Shown here one piece after another: positions 63,904 to 64,000 of a stretch of DNA of 64,000 nucleotides. The notes under the pieces were generated by a model, which saw only the letters and a list, made by a program, of their open reading frames with translations, searched no databases and was not told the origin of the DNA. Position numbers and translations under genes: made by a program. The DNA lies in IMG/VR virus record IMGVR_UViG_3300022745_000017, positions 62,001-126,000 of that record; one strand, written 5' to 3'. The stretch's first letter is position 1. Every line of letters begins with the position of its first letter.

Positions 63904-64000
63904 GCCAACAAGAATATGTGATCGGTGAACAAGTCGGTCAATGCTTACTAGCGACGGAGCGCGCTGACATCTTTCTTTTTCAGCGACTACCCGATGACAA
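63900..64000 (+). CDS. Partial CDS running off the window end
   Basis: ATGA overlap; MSQQEYVIGEQVGQCLLATERADIFLFQRLPDD. Confidence 0.55.
   Translation, partial: MSQQEYVIGEQVGQCLLATERADIFLFQRLPDD

Noticed and set aside
1-64000. Stop-codon reassignment, tRNA genes, introns or inteins
   Set aside because: Core genes are full length in the standard code and all three stop codons terminate genes. No cloverleaf, intein or homing-endonuclease motif was found by eye; tRNAscan-SE would be the formal check.

Overview
This 64-kb window is from a phiKZ-like jumbo phage (Chimalliviridae-type; nucleus formation is inferred only from relatedness). About 1-33 kb is the conserved core block. It has a split beta'-like (virion) RNA polymerase subunit, the N-terminal half of a split family-B DNA polymerase, a HEXXH head protein, baseplate-wedge and tail-tube-like proteins, five tandem internal-head (ejection) protein paralogs and neck/hub-type virion proteins. 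Two small early-promoter islands interrupt it (5.1-6.3 kb, 10-13.5 kb). About 33-64 kb is an accessory, early-type region with dTMP kinase, a class-3 lipase, an Rnl2-type RNA ligase, two BCS1-like AAA ATPases, several paralog families and many ORFans. The phiKZ gp numbers are recalled from synteny and size, not from a search. No tRNA, rRNA, CRISPR array or transposase was seen. Best candidates for new biology: (1) a ~80-nt promoter-plus-leader cassette in three dispersed copies, with a covarying stem and a conserved pseudoknot abutting the Shine-Dalgarno; (2) long hairpins followed by TATG(C/T)C instead of a U-tract; (3) catalytically degenerate paralogs next to intact Nudix and dTMP-kinase genes; (4) a four-gene array of an unrecognised ~200-aa family; (5) a possible terminator/antiterminator leader on a strongly codon-biased internal-head gene.
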